NCBI GenBank assembly: GCA_964442745.1
Contig: CAYUAI010000005.1
Location: forward strand, 44,426-108,425
Direction of reading: 5' to 3'
Length of the DNA: 64,000 nt
From: an uncultured Chromatiales bacterium
Lineage (GTDB): Bacteria; Pseudomonadota; Gammaproteobacteria; S012-40
The notes beneath the pieces were generated by a model. It was not told where the DNA came from. It saw only the letters and a list, made by a program, of their open reading frames with translations, and did no database searches. Positions 8,714-20,004 of this stretch are shown here, in pieces (position 1 is the first letter of the stretch; every line of letters begins with the position of its first letter). A program made the translations under genes and the position numbers.

Positions 8714-9635
8714 AAATGTGCCCACCTATATCCAGATCGAAACCACCATCAAATGCAATGCAACCTGCTGGTTTTGCCCACAACACAATAGTTTAAGAAG
8801 TCCAAACTATATGGAAGAAAAGATTTGGAAAAAAATCATTGATGAATCCCGTGGCCTAGGTGCAACTTATCGCCCTTTTATTTTGAACGAACCTTTTGCT
8901 GATAAGCGCATGCCTGACATTGTACGTTATATTAAGCAAGACCCCACCGCCAAGGTAGAATTTAACACCAATGCCAGCATGTTAACCCCCAAGGTCACAG
9001 ACCAGCTGTTGGAAATTGGCGTCGACATCATGCGATTTAGTATTGACGGCTTATATCGATCGACATTCGATGAATCCCGAGGCATCAGTTATGATCATGT
9101 ATATCAGCACGTCAAGTACTTTTTAGCCGCCAATCGTGCGATGGGTAATAAAACAAGCACCGAAGTCAGAATGATTAACTTACCCGATACTGAACAAGAG
9201 CAAATTGAATTCAAGGACTATTGGAGCCAACATCAACCCGGCAATATTATTTTTACCAATTTATATCAATATCCTTGGGAAGGACAAACCCAATCACTCC
9301 CGTTACCTTGCTTAAAAATAGCCAACGAAATGCACTTTTATGTAGATGGCAAGGCCACCTTATGTTGTTGGGATACCAAAGGACGGCAAATTGTGGGTGA
9401 TATCAATACCCAATCCGTACTTGATATCTGGAATGGCACAGAATTAGCTCGCTGCCGTACATTACTTGATCATGGGCAACGTGATCAACTCGACCTTTGC
9501 CAACGCTGTGATGCCTATGCTCACGTTGACTTCAGCCAATGGCAACAAGCGCTGCCATTGGCGAAAAACAAATCATCCTTAGCCAATCCCATCAACATTC
9601 CCATCAAAGTTGAGCCCAGTGTGGCCACCAATTAA
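8670..9635 (+). CDS. Radical SAM protein with SPASM/Twitch domain
   Basis: CNATCWFC (CxxxCxxC), NEPFAD, TNASML, FSIDG; C-terminal LPC...LCCWD...GDI...IWN...CQRC. Confidence 0.9.
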   Translation: MSSTHHQRLTHNHYKNVPTYIQIETTIKCNATCWFCPQHNSLRSPNYMEEKIWKKIIDESRGLGATYRPFILNEPFADKRMPDIVRYIKQDPTAKVEFNTNASMLTPKVTDQLLEIGVDIMRFSIDGLYRSTFDESRGISYDHVYQHVKYFLAANRAMGNKTSTEVRMINLPDTEQEQIEFKDYWSQHQPGNIIFTNLYQYPWEGQTQSLPLPCLKIANEMHFYVDGKATLCCWDTKGRQIVGDINTQSVLDIWNGTELARCRTLLDHGQRDQLDLCQRCDAYAHVDFSQWQQALPLAKNKSSLANPINIPIKVEPSVATN

Positions 9636-9651
9636 AGAACGGTAGAGAGGC

Positions 9652-10815
9652 ATGTTGAACAGAATTTCACCTGAAGGAAGATCATGTAAGAATCAACCGA
9701 AGGCCTCGCCAAACAAAACAGCCCCTTTTACCCGAAGGGGAAAACCTACCTGCCATGCCACGGCACCAACCTCTATTTGCCTATTACGCCTCTCTGCCAT
9801 TGGTGATGTATGCCATGCCTTGCCCATCGTACGTACCCTGCAAGCGCACTGGCCAGAGACGCCAATTAGCTGGGTTATCGGTAAAACCGAATACCAACTG
9901 ATTGGTGACATTCCGGATATTGAATTTATTATTTTTGATAAATCCAAAAAAAATCGCGCTTATTCGTCCTTGCGGCAAAGCCTGAAACACCGTCGCTTCG
10001 ATGTGCTGCTGCATATGCAAACCTCACTGCGCGCCAACATTGCCAGTCTATGCATCCCCGCCCAGCAAAAAATTGGCTTTGATCGAGCCCGCGCCAAAGA
10101 ACTCCAATGGCTATTTACGCACCAAAAAATTGCGCCCTCTGCACAAGGACAGCATCAAATCGATGTTTTTTTTAGCTTCATTAAATCGCTGGGTATTCAA
10201 GCAAAAACCTTACGTTGGGATATTCCCATCCCTCAAGCGGCTGTCACCTTGGCGCGTCGCATTTGCTCATCCACTCAACCCACCTTAGTGATCAATGCTT
10301 GCTCCAGTCCATCGAAACGTGTGCAACGTAATTGGTCTGTTGAAGGCTATGCTCAAGTCATCGATTATGCGGCACACACACTCAATTACCAGGTTATATT
10401 ATGTGGTGGCCCGAGCGCATTTGAACAACAAACGGGCGAACAAATAAGCTACTTATGCCAATCAAAACCGCTTAATTTAATCGGAAAAACCGATTTAAAG
10501 CAACTGCTTGCACTGCTGGATCGCGCCGATGTTTTAATTACCTCGGACTCCGGACCTGCTCATATCGCCACCGCCGTTGGCACCCCAGTCATCGGCTTAT
10601 ATGCCGTCACCAACCCCTTCCAAACTGGCCCCTACCTGAGTTATCCCTGGTTGATCAATAAATACCCTGAGGCAATCACACAAGAATATAATCACAACTT
10701 AGAAAAACTTCCGTGGGGAATTCGAGTCCACTCTGAACAAGCCATGCGCCAGATCACTAGCGCAGAAGTCACGGCCATGCTGAACCGATTCACCCATCAG
10801 CTTGCGAAAACTTAA
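9652..10815 (+). CDS. GT9 heptosyltransferase-family glycosyltransferase (start may be further downstream)
   Basis: LLRLSAIGDVCHALP, LIGKTDLKQL, SDSGPAHIATAVGTPVIGLY. Confidence 0.9.
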   Translation: MLNRISPEGRSCKNQPKASPNKTAPFTRRGKPTCHATAPTSICLLRLSAIGDVCHALPIVRTLQAHWPETPISWVIGKTEYQLIGDIPDIEFIIFDKSKKNRAYSSLRQSLKHRRFDVLLHMQTSLRANIASLCIPAQQKIGFDRARAKELQWLFTHQKIAPSAQGQHQIDVFFSFIKSLGIQAKTLRWDIPIPQAAVTLARRICSSTQPTLVINACSSPSKRVQRNWSVEGYAQVIDYAAHTLNYQVILCGGPSAFEQQTGEQISYLCQSKPLNLIGKTDLKQLLALLDRADVLITSDSGPAHIATAVGTPVIGLYAVTNPFQTGPYLSYPWLINKYPEAITQEYNHNLEKLPWGIRVHSEQAMRQITSAEVTAMLNRFTHQLAKT

Positions 10816-11062
10816 AACACCATATTCGTCATTAAAATAATAACCTTCGACATGGCATTAAAAATCACGAAGGAACTTGATGTCATAGTTTTTTCTGAAG
10901 AATAATCCGTCTTATTCTTTGTGAAACCAAAAATCCATTAAGATCAAATAATAGACGATTCACTGCCGTGTTCGATAAGAAGAAAACTTTTTTGCCAATG
11001 GCACCGATAACATACCTAATTGGATCGCCAGTTTTGCGGGGAAATTAATTGGAACAAATCAT

Positions 11063-12265
11063 ATGACAAAAATTCAACGCCTACTTTTAGCATTAATTTG
11101 TTTAATCATTTCCAGCCATAGCTGGGCTGAGCCGATGCGTGATAATCATGAACTTGATGAACTGTTTGACGATGGACTCGCCTCTTTCGAAGTCGCGGAC
11201 TATAAGGAGGCCTATCAAATCTGGCGACTACTCGCCGAACAAGGCTCCAGCGCCGCTCAATATTATTTGGGTATGCTGTGCGCAAACGGCTGGGGAACAA
11301 AAAAAAATCGGGTGAAAGCGGTACACTGGTATCGCATGGCCGCCGCACAAAATCATACCCTAGCACAGTACGCCCTCGCCAACGCCCTGCTGAACGGGCA
11401 AGGCGTGGGACAAGATGAAATTGAAGCCTTTCGTTGGTTTTTAAGCGCGGCCAAAGCAGGCGATGCGCATAGTCAATTTGCAGTGGGTCTCATGTATTTA
11501 AATGGTCGAGGCGGCCTCCAGAAAGACTATCAACAAGCCATCACCTGGTTTACTACAGCGAGTACACGAGAGCATGTCATCAGCATGATCAAGTTGGGTG
11601 ACATCTATTTAAAAGGCAAAGGGGTTACTCAAAACATCCCCGAAGCGCTTAGTTTTTATCAACAAGCTGCCGCCAAAGGTAATGTGTATGCGATCAGGCG
11701 TATCACCGCACTCAGCACACATAAAGATTGCTACGCACAGGCCAAAACACTGCTTTTCAATCAATTGATTAAATGTACCACTCGGGCAGAATTCCGTACC
11801 GCGATACGAACCGCCGGTCTGCCTGCCATCACTGAAAACAACCAAGAGGATACGGATACCTATGATTCCGCAAAGCGATTACCCGGCTCAAAAACCTTTA
11901 CCGTGACCTACACTAAAAATAAACAATTTGCCATCGCCACTTATCAATTTCCAAGCCTTGCCAATCGTTATAATCAAGCTTCTGGACAAGATGATGTCCA
12001 ACAAATCAGTCAACTACTCTCCCTGCTTGAAACGAAATACGGCACAGCCGACAGCGCCATCGGTCACGCTGGCAGAAGCACCACACAATTTGAATGGCAA
12101 CTAAGCGATGGCATTGCGTTGATATTGCGACAAGTAACGGTATATAACTCAATTTACCTGGAATATATTGATCCAGAAAACTTCAAGCAAATCCAGCAAC
12201 CAGAAAATGCACCATTAAGACGTTTAATAAACGAACAAGAAGAGTCACCCAGTTTTGTTTTCTAA
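11063..12265 (+). CDS. Secreted Sel1-like repeat protein with an unknown C-terminal domain
   Basis: Signal peptide; four SLR units (AQYYLG, AQYALA, SQFAVG, SMIKLG). Confidence 0.85.
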   Translation: MTKIQRLLLALICLIISSHSWAEPMRDNHELDELFDDGLASFEVADYKEAYQIWRLLAEQGSSAAQYYLGMLCANGWGTKKNRVKAVHWYRMAAAQNHTLAQYALANALLNGQGVGQDEIEAFRWFLSAAKAGDAHSQFAVGLMYLNGRGGLQKDYQQAITWFTTASTREHVISMIKLGDIYLKGKGVTQNIPEALSFYQQAAAKGNVYAIRRITALSTHKDCYAQAKTLLFNQLIKCTTRAEFRTAIRTAGLPAITENNQEDTDTYDSAKRLPGSKTFTVTYTKNKQFAIATYQFPSLANRYNQASGQDDVQQISQLLSLLETKYGTADSAIGHAGRSTTQFEWQLSDGIALILRQVTVYNSIYLEYIDPENFKQIQQPENAPLRRLINEQEESPSFVF

Positions 12266-12321
12266 ACGTTTCCCAGGTTTGTCTGCCGAGCCTCACCCAA
12301 CTGCGCTGGCAAGCAACATGG

Positions 12322-13284
12322 CTAATTGATTTTTGGGTGAGCGTTCAACCAATCTAAATACTTGTCAACGCCTTGCTCCACCGTTTGAAACGGTGGCGTA
12401 TAACCTACTTGACGTAACGCATTCATATCGGCTTCAGTGAAACTTTGATAACGACCTTTTAAATGATCTGGAAATGGAATATAACGAATTTCCCCTGCGT
12501 TGTTATGCCAAGCAATCACGGCATTAGCCAGCTCATTAAAACTTTGGCTACGCCCGGTTCCTACATTAAATACTCCACTAATCTCCGAATGAGCGGCCAA
12601 CCATAAGTTGACCGCCACCACATCGGCCACATAAATAAAGTCTCTTCGTTGCTCACCGTGACCATAACCTTCCGAACCTTCAAACAAAGACACATGGCCG
12701 GTTTGTAAAATTTGATCGTTAAAATGATAAGCCACACTAGCCATACTCCCTTTATGCTGCTCACGAGGACCATACACATTGAAATAGCGCAACCCGACAA
12801 TTTGGCTTTTCGCCGTAGGCAGTAACTGCCTGACATATTGGTCAAACTGAAATTTCGAAAAGCCATATACGTTCAATGGCATTTCGTATTGACGCTGCTC
12901 TTTAAAAATCGGCCCTTGACCATAAACAGACGCCGATGAGGCATAAATGAAAGGAATTTGCCGATCTTGGCAATAATGCAATAGCTGTTTTGAGTAGCGA
13001 TAGTTTACGTCCATCACAAATTGACCATTCCATTCCGTGGTCGTGGAACAGGCCCCTTCATGGAATACAACGTCAATGGGTTCATGAAACGCTTCACCCT
13101 TTGAAACTTTTGCTAAAAACTCCGCTTTATCCAAATAATCACAAATATTACAATCAGCCAGATTTCGAAATTTAGTGCCATCCGTTAAATCATCGACGAC
13201 GGTAATATCTGTGCGCCCTTGATCATTGAGTTGTTTAACAATATTGCTACCGATGAAACCCGCGCCACCTGTTACTATAATCAC
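12322..13284 (-). CDS. hldD: ADP-L-glycero-D-manno-heptose 6-epimerase
   Basis: [55 protein letters not shown]; GTG start 13284. Confidence 0.96.
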   Translation of the reverse strand: MIIVTGGAGFIGSNIVKQLNDQGRTDITVVDDLTDGTKFRNLADCNICDYLDKAEFLAKVSKGEAFHEPIDVVFHEGACSTTTEWNGQFVMDVNYRYSKQLLHYCQDRQIPFIYASSASVYGQGPIFKEQRQYEMPLNVYGFSKFQFDQYVRQLLPTAKSQIVGLRYFNVYGPREQHKGSMASVAYHFNDQILQTGHVSLFEGSEGYGHGEQRRDFIYVADVVAVNLWLAAHSEISGVFNVGTGRSQSFNELANAVIAWHNNAGEIRYIPFPDHLKGRYQSFTEADMNALRQVGYTPPFQTVEQGVDKYLDWLNAHPKIN

Positions 13285-13563
13285 ATGAAGCCCCTTCAAT
13301 TTAACGGCCTTATTCATCATCTCGGCCAATTAGATCACAATGCGATCCTTATCCTCCAAGTCATCTGATCGTTCCGCCCCTCATCACCGAAAGCTCAGGG
13401 CTGATAGGGTAGCCGAAACGATGAACAAGACCAATTTAACCTATTTTCCGCCTGCCTAAGTGCAAAATAATAGGTTTTATGTAACACACTAAAATAAAGC
13501 TTGTCATATTTTGAAATTGGCATGATATCATAACCGCAGTACCACCACGCTGACTCACTAAAC

Positions 13564-15483
13564 ATGACACTGAATAACAGTTATTTCCGATTTTTTTTCA
13601 TTCTCTTGCTATTTTTTGCTCTGTTCATGGCAGCACGAGCTGCACTCTATTTTGCTTACCAAGACAATTTCAGTGGTTTAAGCCAGCGTGATGTTATTAC
13701 CGCCTTTATTTATGGTCTACGATTTGATGCATCAACCATCACCATCTTCATTGGTCTTCCACTATTATTGACCTTGATTCCTCACTCATTTGCCCAACAT
13801 GCCGGCTGGCAAAAAACCTGGTTATGGTTTATTTATGCGATGTTCATTATGCTAGCTATTGTGCTCATCGCTGATTTCATTTATTTCGGGTTTGTCAATC
13901 GCCATATCGGTGCTGAAGTCACGTTATTCAGTGGCGACCCACAACTCATGATAGATATCATCATCACGGATTATGGACAGTTAACATTAATATTTGGGTT
14001 ATTAGGTGGCGCCTTTGCTTTGCTATGGCATCAATGGTTTTCGCAACACATCCACAAACCCACGCACCCTACCTTTCGTTGGATTACCATTTTATTATTA
14101 TTTCTGGTTTTCGTTGTTATTGGGCGAGGTGGTTTACAATATAAACCCATTAGCGTTGCTGATGCGTTTGCCATTGGTTCGACGTCGGCTGGCTACCTTT
14201 CCATGAATGGCGCTTTCGCCGTACAACATGCGGCCATCAGTGGCCAACCCAAGAAAACCACTTTCATGCCGCAAGACCAAGCCGAAGCCATCGTTCAAGA
14301 TAGCTTATCGAGCCCAAACGAACAGTTTCTCAGCCCCGATTACCCTCTGCTTAGAACCACAACCAACCGGCGAAACAATAAACCCAATGTCGTTATTTTT
14401 ACCCTGGAAAGCTGGGATGCGATTCATATCGATGTGATGCGGCGCGATCGTGAGTTAAGCGCGTTAGGCGTTACGCCTAATTTTGACGCACTTAGTCGCC
14501 AAGGCCAACTCTATCGTACGTTTTATGCCACCGGCCAACGCAGCATGGATGGCTTGGCTGCCATTTTAGCGTCCGTTCCGACCTTGCCAGGCATGCCATA
14601 CATCGGTAAAGGACTGGAGCAAAGCCGCCTCTCTTATTTGGGCGTATTAGCCAAACAAGCCGGTTATCAAACGCTATTTTTACAAAGCAGCAACCGAGGA
14701 TCATTCCATATTGATGCCATTGCTGCGCAAGCGGGGTTTGACCAATATTTAGGTGCGGAAGATATTCCAGCAATTCATAAAAATGTCAATAAATCTCACG
14801 ACTGGGGAGTCTGGGACTTTGAAACCTTAAATCAAGCACACCAATTATTTGAACAAAGTGAAACGCCTTTTCTGGGTTTTATCTTTACTTCAACAACACA
14901 TAATCCGTGGCGAGTGCCACACCAACGCTGGGAAAAATTTCCGCTAACCAGTGAACGCAATCGCTATCTCAATAGTTTATATTATGCTGACTGGGCCATC
15001 GGCGAATTTTTCAAACTCGCCAAACAAACAGATTATTATCGCAATACTATTTTTATATTAACCGGTGACCATATCAGCCCGTTTGATGCAGAACCTAAGC
15101 ATATACCTAGTCGTTACCACATCCCATTATTAATGATTGCTCCTGGTTTAGCGCCCGCTAAAATTGACCGCATTGGCAGTCAGCTTGATATATTACCTTC
15201 GATTATTGATTTAGCCGGTTGGTCTATGCCCTACGCAGGTTTAGGCCGATCATTATTTCAAGACAAACCATCCAGCGGTATCTTCACGGTGAATGGCAAC
15301 ATCATCGACTGGATTGAAATCAATGCCTGGTTATCCCACAATTTGACAAACCGAATCGAATCTTATCCACCGCAAACCAATGCACAATTAGATGTCATGG
15401 AAAAAAAATTACTCGCCACCTATCAAACGACATTACACTTATTTTTAGAAAATCGCTTCTTTCCGGCAAAATATAGCTTTTAA
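13564..15483 (+). CDS. LTA synthase / phosphoglycerol transferase family (membrane sulfatase-fold) protein
   Basis: Five N-terminal TM helices, GLRFD, KPNVVIFTLESW, TPNFD, TSTTHNPW, YADWAIG, TGDH, GSQLDI. Confidence 0.88.
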   Translation: MTLNNSYFRFFFILLLFFALFMAARAALYFAYQDNFSGLSQRDVITAFIYGLRFDASTITIFIGLPLLLTLIPHSFAQHAGWQKTWLWFIYAMFIMLAIVLIADFIYFGFVNRHIGAEVTLFSGDPQLMIDIIITDYGQLTLIFGLLGGAFALLWHQWFSQHIHKPTHPTFRWITILLLFLVFVVIGRGGLQYKPISVADAFAIGSTSAGYLSMNGAFAVQHAAISGQPKKTTFMPQDQAEAIVQDSLSSPNEQFLSPDYPLLRTTTNRRNNKPNVVIFTLESWDAIHIDVMRRDRELSALGVTPNFDALSRQGQLYRTFYATGQRSMDGLAAILASVPTLPGMPYIGKGLEQSRLSYLGVLAKQAGYQTLFLQSSNRGSFHIDAIAAQAGFDQYLGAEDIPAIHKNVNKSHDWGVWDFETLNQAHQLFEQSETPFLGFIFTSTTHNPWRVPHQRWEKFPLTSERNRYLNSLYYADWAIGEFFKLAKQTDYYRNTIFILTGDHISPFDAEPKHIPSRYHIPLLMIAPGLAPAKIDRIGSQLDILPSIIDLAGWSMPYAGLGRSLFQDKPSSGIFTVNGNIIDWIEINAWLSHNLTNRIESYPPQTNAQLDVMEKKLLATYQTTLHLFLENRFFPAKYSF

Positions 15484-15494
15484 TAAAAGATCAA

Positions 15495-16937
15495 CTATCC
15501 GTCAGCGATTCCTTCCAGATTTTTAATACGCACAATCATCTGACTGGTGGAACAACCCTCCATAAAATGCAATACTTTCACTTCACCACCATGCTTTATC
15601 ACACAATCATAACCGGCAATGTCTGCCACTTGATAATCCCCCCCTTTCACTAAAACATCGGGTTTAATTTGGCAAATCGGCGCTTCAGGCGTGTCATCAG
15701 AGAATGAAATCACCCAATCCACACTCGCTAAACCAGCAAGTACTGCCATACGCTGTGCTAATGGATTGATCGGCCGAGCGGCTCCTTTTAAGCGGGCGAC
15801 CGATGCATCATCATTGACAGCAACAATTAAACGATCACCTAGGCGCCTAGCTTGTTCCAAATAACTTACGTGGCCAGCATGTAAAATATCAAAACAGCCA
15901 TTGGTCATAACGATTTTTTCTTTCCGTCGATGCGCATCATGCACTGCCGCCATCAGCACCTCCAGACTGACCACACCTAAATCATGTTCTTGTTCCGCTT
16001 TCAGTGCTAAATTTAATTCCGAATACGTCACTACAGCGGTGCCCAATTTACCCACCACGATACCCGCTGCTACATTGGCTAATAAGGTAGCTTCCTCAAA
16101 AGACTTATCACCCGCGACTGACGCCGCTAATACCGAAATCACCGTATCACCGGCGCCAGTGACATCATAAACCTCTCGCGCCTGAGTCGGCAAATGCAAT
16201 ACTGGGCGCTGATGTTGGATCAGCGACATACCTTGCTCTCCGCGAGTGACTAACAATGCCTTTAACGAAAGTTTCTCTAATAATTGTTGGCCTTTTACTG
16301 CAATATCATGCTCAGTATTACAGACACCGACCACGGCTTCAAACTCTGAAAAATTGGGCGTAATCACACTGGCCTGCCGGTATTTTTCAAAGTCTTTGCC
16401 CTTCGGATCAACAAAAATTTTTTTATTCTGTGCATTAGCTAGAGCAATGAGTGGCTCTATATTTTGCAAGACACCCTTACCATAATCAGAAAAAATAATC
16501 ACCGCATAATCTGCCAATATTTCTGTGAATCGTTGGCTTAACAAAGCATCATGATAATGTTCAACTTGATTTTCAAAGTCCAGGCGAATCAGTTGTTGAT
16601 GGCGACTAATCACTCGCAGCTTAGTGATGGTTTTGCGATGTGATGATCGCACAAAATGGCATTTCACTTGCGCTGCTTCCAAAAGATTTTGCAAGGTATC
16701 TGCTGCCTCATCGTTTCCGACTCCACCAAGCAAATGGACATCCGCCCCTAATGAGGCAATATTTAATGCCACGTTGGCCGCGCCACCTGCCCGTGCTTCA
16801 ACCTCGCCAATGCCGACCACGGGCACGGGTGCTTCAGGAGAAATCCGCTTTGAATCGCCATACCAATAGCGATCCAACATAAGATCACCAACAACTAATA
16901 TACGACTTTTGGAAAACGTGTTTTTATCAATTAACAT
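15495..16937 (-). CDS. hldE: Bifunctional heptose-7-phosphate kinase / heptose-1-phosphate adenylyltransferase
   Basis: GDLMLDRYWYG..RISPEAPVPV, DVTGAGDTV, MTNGCFDILHAGHV, VKGGDY. Confidence 0.97.
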   Translation of the reverse strand: MLIDKNTFSKSRILVVGDLMLDRYWYGDSKRISPEAPVPVVGIGEVEARAGGAANVALNIASLGADVHLLGGVGNDEAADTLQNLLEAAQVKCHFVRSSHRKTITKLRVISRHQQLIRLDFENQVEHYHDALLSQRFTEILADYAVIIFSDYGKGVLQNIEPLIALANAQNKKIFVDPKGKDFEKYRQASVITPNFSEFEAVVGVCNTEHDIAVKGQQLLEKLSLKALLVTRGEQGMSLIQHQRPVLHLPTQAREVYDVTGAGDTVISVLAASVAGDKSFEEATLLANVAAGIVVGKLGTAVVTYSELNLALKAEQEHDLGVVSLEVLMAAVHDAHRRKEKIVMTNGCFDILHAGHVSYLEQARRLGDRLIVAVNDDASVARLKGAARPINPLAQRMAVLAGLASVDWVISFSDDTPEAPICQIKPDVLVKGGDYQVADIAGYDCVIKHGGEVKVLHFMEGCSTSQMIVRIKNLEGIADG

Positions 16938-17051
16938 ACAATTTTACGAATCTACCACTTGAATTAATTTCATGACAGAGGAATATAGCTAAATATTACC
17001 TGCAACGCACTTTGGCGATAAGTATAATATTTTGCTAGCAATTACGCTATA

Positions 17052-18104
17052 ATGACACCCGCCATCACCAATATAAATGAAAGATCACCTATGAAAATCT
17101 TAGTTGTCAGAGTGGGACGGGTTGGCGATATGATTATGTTAACCCCGGCTTTAGATGCTTTAATGGATGTCTTTCCCAATGCACAATTTTACCTGCTCAC
17201 TAGCCCGGAGGGTCGTCCTGTACTGAAAAATTATGATACTCGGTTAAAAGGTGAAATAATATACGACCGTCGCAAACTAATCGCCTTTATCGAACGTGCA
17301 CGAGTACGCAAGAAAATCATCAAGGGACAATTTGATTATATATTCTCTTTCCAAGCTAAAAAAAGTTTTGATCGTTTAATCACTATTCCCAATACTAAAG
17401 TACGTATCGTTGATGCCCAGCGACTCGGCGAACATTTCGCTCACAAATGCTTGCGACTGGTCAAGTCGTATCATCCAGCGTTAGACATTGAGTCCTATTA
17501 CGCCAGACTTCCTATTAGCCCTCTTGGTGAACAACAAGCCCTACAACAATTGCAACAGCTCAATGTGCATGATGCAACATTTTTAATCGGTCTGCATCCT
17601 TCTTTTAGTGGCCTGAGTCAACGTTTTTGGCGGGGCCAGCAAATGAAAAAAAACAAAATGTGGCCGGTACAATATTGGGGAGAAATCGGCAAACGTTTGT
17701 ATGAGTATGGCAAAGCTATCCACCAGGATATTCAAATCATCATGGATTTAGTGCCTGAAGACCAAAGGCTTGGTGAACAAATCGTGCAAGCTAGCCAGGG
17801 CTGCGTAAAACTACAAATTCCACCGCTGAATATGGAGCGTTATAAAGCCACATTGGCCCGTATGAATCTGCTAATTACCCCGGATACGGGACCCATGCAT
17901 ATCGCCGCCGCCATCGGCACCAATATCGTTGCGCTATTTGCCAACAAAGACCCCGCCGACTGCGGCCCGTATTGTCCTCAAAATCAATTTAAAGTACTTG
18001 AGGCCAAAACTTTTAGCAAAAATCAGTCAGAAATACGCTTAGCCGCGATCACTCCTGAGCTTGTATTTACGGCCTGCCAAGTGTTTTTGCCTGGTGAGAC
18101 ATAA
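17052..18104 (+). CDS. GT9 heptosyltransferase-family glycosyltransferase (likely start ATG17091)
   Basis: KILVVRVGRVGDMIMLTP, TPDTGPMHIAAAIG. Confidence 0.88.
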   Translation: MTPAITNINERSPMKILVVRVGRVGDMIMLTPALDALMDVFPNAQFYLLTSPEGRPVLKNYDTRLKGEIIYDRRKLIAFIERARVRKKIIKGQFDYIFSFQAKKSFDRLITIPNTKVRIVDAQRLGEHFAHKCLRLVKSYHPALDIESYYARLPISPLGEQQALQQLQQLNVHDATFLIGLHPSFSGLSQRFWRGQQMKKNKMWPVQYWGEIGKRLYEYGKAIHQDIQIIMDLVPEDQRLGEQIVQASQGCVKLQIPPLNMERYKATLARMNLLITPDTGPMHIAAAIGTNIVALFANKDPADCGPYCPQNQFKVLEAKTFSKNQSEIRLAAITPELVFTACQVFLPGET

Positions 18105-18109
18105 GTCCA

Positions 18110-19144
18110 ATGCATATCTGTCACATCAATTTGGCCAAAGGTTTTAGGGGCGGAGAACGCCAAACATTATTGCTCATCGAAGGACTGGCCAACAAAGGCA
18201 TTAAACAAACACTGATCTGTCGAAAAAATACTCCGATGGAAAACAAAGCAAAAATCATTCATCAGCTCACCACCATCGCCATTGGTAAGCCTTTTATATT
18301 ACATCGATTGAAATGTACCGACTTTGATCTTATGCACGCCCATGAAGGGCGCTCTTGTCACTTTACACACTTAAATCATTTGATTAGCTCAACGCCCTAC
18401 CTAATTACTCGCCGCATCCCCAACAAACCCAAACAAAACTTTATTACTCATCGTACCTACCGAAAGGCTAAATACATTATCACGTTATCTCAAGCTATCA
18501 AACACAACTTGCAACAGTATGATGATCAATTATCCATAGCGGTTATCCCCTCAATGTTTAGCAACTTATCCGTCAACCACAATCATGTCATACACCTTCA
18601 AAAAAAATATCAAGGGAAAACTATCATTGGACATATTGGGGCATTGGTCAATCATCATAAGGGTCAACAGACAATCATCGAAGCGGCAAAAAAACTACAA
18701 AACAGCCACCCACATGTACAATTTTTATTATTAGGGCAAGGTAAGGATGAACTTTGGTTAAAAAAACAAGCCGGTGGCCTAAGCAACATAAAATTTGTCG
18801 GTTTTATTGATAACGTTGGCGATTACATCAAGCTGTTCGATTTATTTGTGTTTCCCTCATGGGAAGAGGGATTAGGCTCCATTTTATTGGATATCATGCA
18901 ATTTCAAGTACCCATTATTGCCTCCAATGTGGATGGTATTCCTGACATTATTCAACCTAACTATAATGGCTTGCTAATCGAACCTAAAGCCACTGAACAG
19001 CTCACAAGATCCATCATTGAGTTATTGGAGAACTCAGCCTACGCTCATCAATTAGCATTAAATGCCAGCAAACATCTCAATAACTATTCGGTAGATAATA
19101 TTTCAGATCGCTATCTCACTATTTATCAACAGTTACTGCAATGA
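18110..19144 (+). CDS. GT4 glycosyltransferase
   Basis: GFRGGERQ, HKGQ, FVFPSWEEGLGSILLD, SNVDGIPDII. Confidence 0.9.
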   Translation: MHICHINLAKGFRGGERQTLLLIEGLANKGIKQTLICRKNTPMENKAKIIHQLTTIAIGKPFILHRLKCTDFDLMHAHEGRSCHFTHLNHLISSTPYLITRRIPNKPKQNFITHRTYRKAKYIITLSQAIKHNLQQYDDQLSIAVIPSMFSNLSVNHNHVIHLQKKYQGKTIIGHIGALVNHHKGQQTIIEAAKKLQNSHPHVQFLLLGQGKDELWLKKQAGGLSNIKFVGFIDNVGDYIKLFDLFVFPSWEEGLGSILLDIMQFQVPIIASNVDGIPDIIQPNYNGLLIEPKATEQLTRSIIELLENSAYAHQLALNASKHLNNYSVDNISDRYLTIYQQLLQ

Positions 19145-19147
19145 GTT

Positions 19148-19954
19148 TCACTCTTTATTATAACTTGCAGGTATATTGCTAATTCGCTGCAACTTTAATT
19201 TATCCAGTTCATAAATTTTTGCTTCCACTAAAAAAGCGGAAAAGGCGGAACTGACGGCAATAATAAAACCAGCTAAACCATCGAGAAAACCACGCTTTAC
19301 CAAATACAATTCAATAAACTTTGAGAGCGGTTTAAATAACATTCTAAACATGGAAAAGCGCTGTCCTTTTGCAAAACGGGTAAACGCCTTGATTGTCGAA
19401 AATTTATTGACCGTATTTATCTGATCAGATAAATCGACAAAGCTATAATGAATTAAATCTCCCTGTAGTGTGCTTGTGCTACCGTGCACAATTAAGGTAT
19501 CGTGCGGGTTCTCCCCTCCCCAAGTGGCTGTCCCGTTCCGTATTAAACGAAATCGGGCATTGGGATACCAGCCCGTGTGACGAATATATTTGTTTAAATG
19601 ATATGTCAAGCGCGGAAATTTTGCGCCATTGACTTTCGGCTCGCTGGCTAAAAATTCCTTGATAGTGTTTTGCAATTCTGGGCTCAGTCTTTCATCCGCA
19701 TCTAAAGATAGAATCCAGGCTCCCGAGCAATAGCTTAACGCCCGATTTTTTTGGGGAATGTGGCCATCAAAGGCATGTTGAAAAAACGTTACTTTAGCAA
19801 ACTGTTGACAAATTGACTGTGTTTGGTCGGTACTAAAAGAATCTAGTACAATGATTTCATCCGCCAAATCCACCACCGATGAAATACATGCATGAATATT
19901 TCTCTCTTCATTAAAGGTAATCACTGCCACTGATAATCGAGGTAATGCAGCCAT
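19148..19954 (-). CDS. GT2 glycosyltransferase (WaaE/KdtX-like)
   Basis: LSVAVITFNEERNI, DSFSTD, ILSLDADE, RGFLDGLAG. Confidence 0.9.
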   Translation of the reverse strand: MAALPRLSVAVITFNEERNIHACISSVVDLADEIIVLDSFSTDQTQSICQQFAKVTFFQHAFDGHIPQKNRALSYCSGAWILSLDADERLSPELQNTIKEFLASEPKVNGAKFPRLTYHLNKYIRHTGWYPNARFRLIRNGTATWGGENPHDTLIVHGSTSTLQGDLIHYSFVDLSDQINTVNKFSTIKAFTRFAKGQRFSMFRMLFKPLSKFIELYLVKRGFLDGLAGFIIAVSSAFSAFLVEAKIYELDKLKLQRISNIPASYNKE

Positions 19955-20004
19955 GGATATTTCCTTAAATTAACAAGCTTTATTACAACCAGCCATCCCC
20001 TGTG

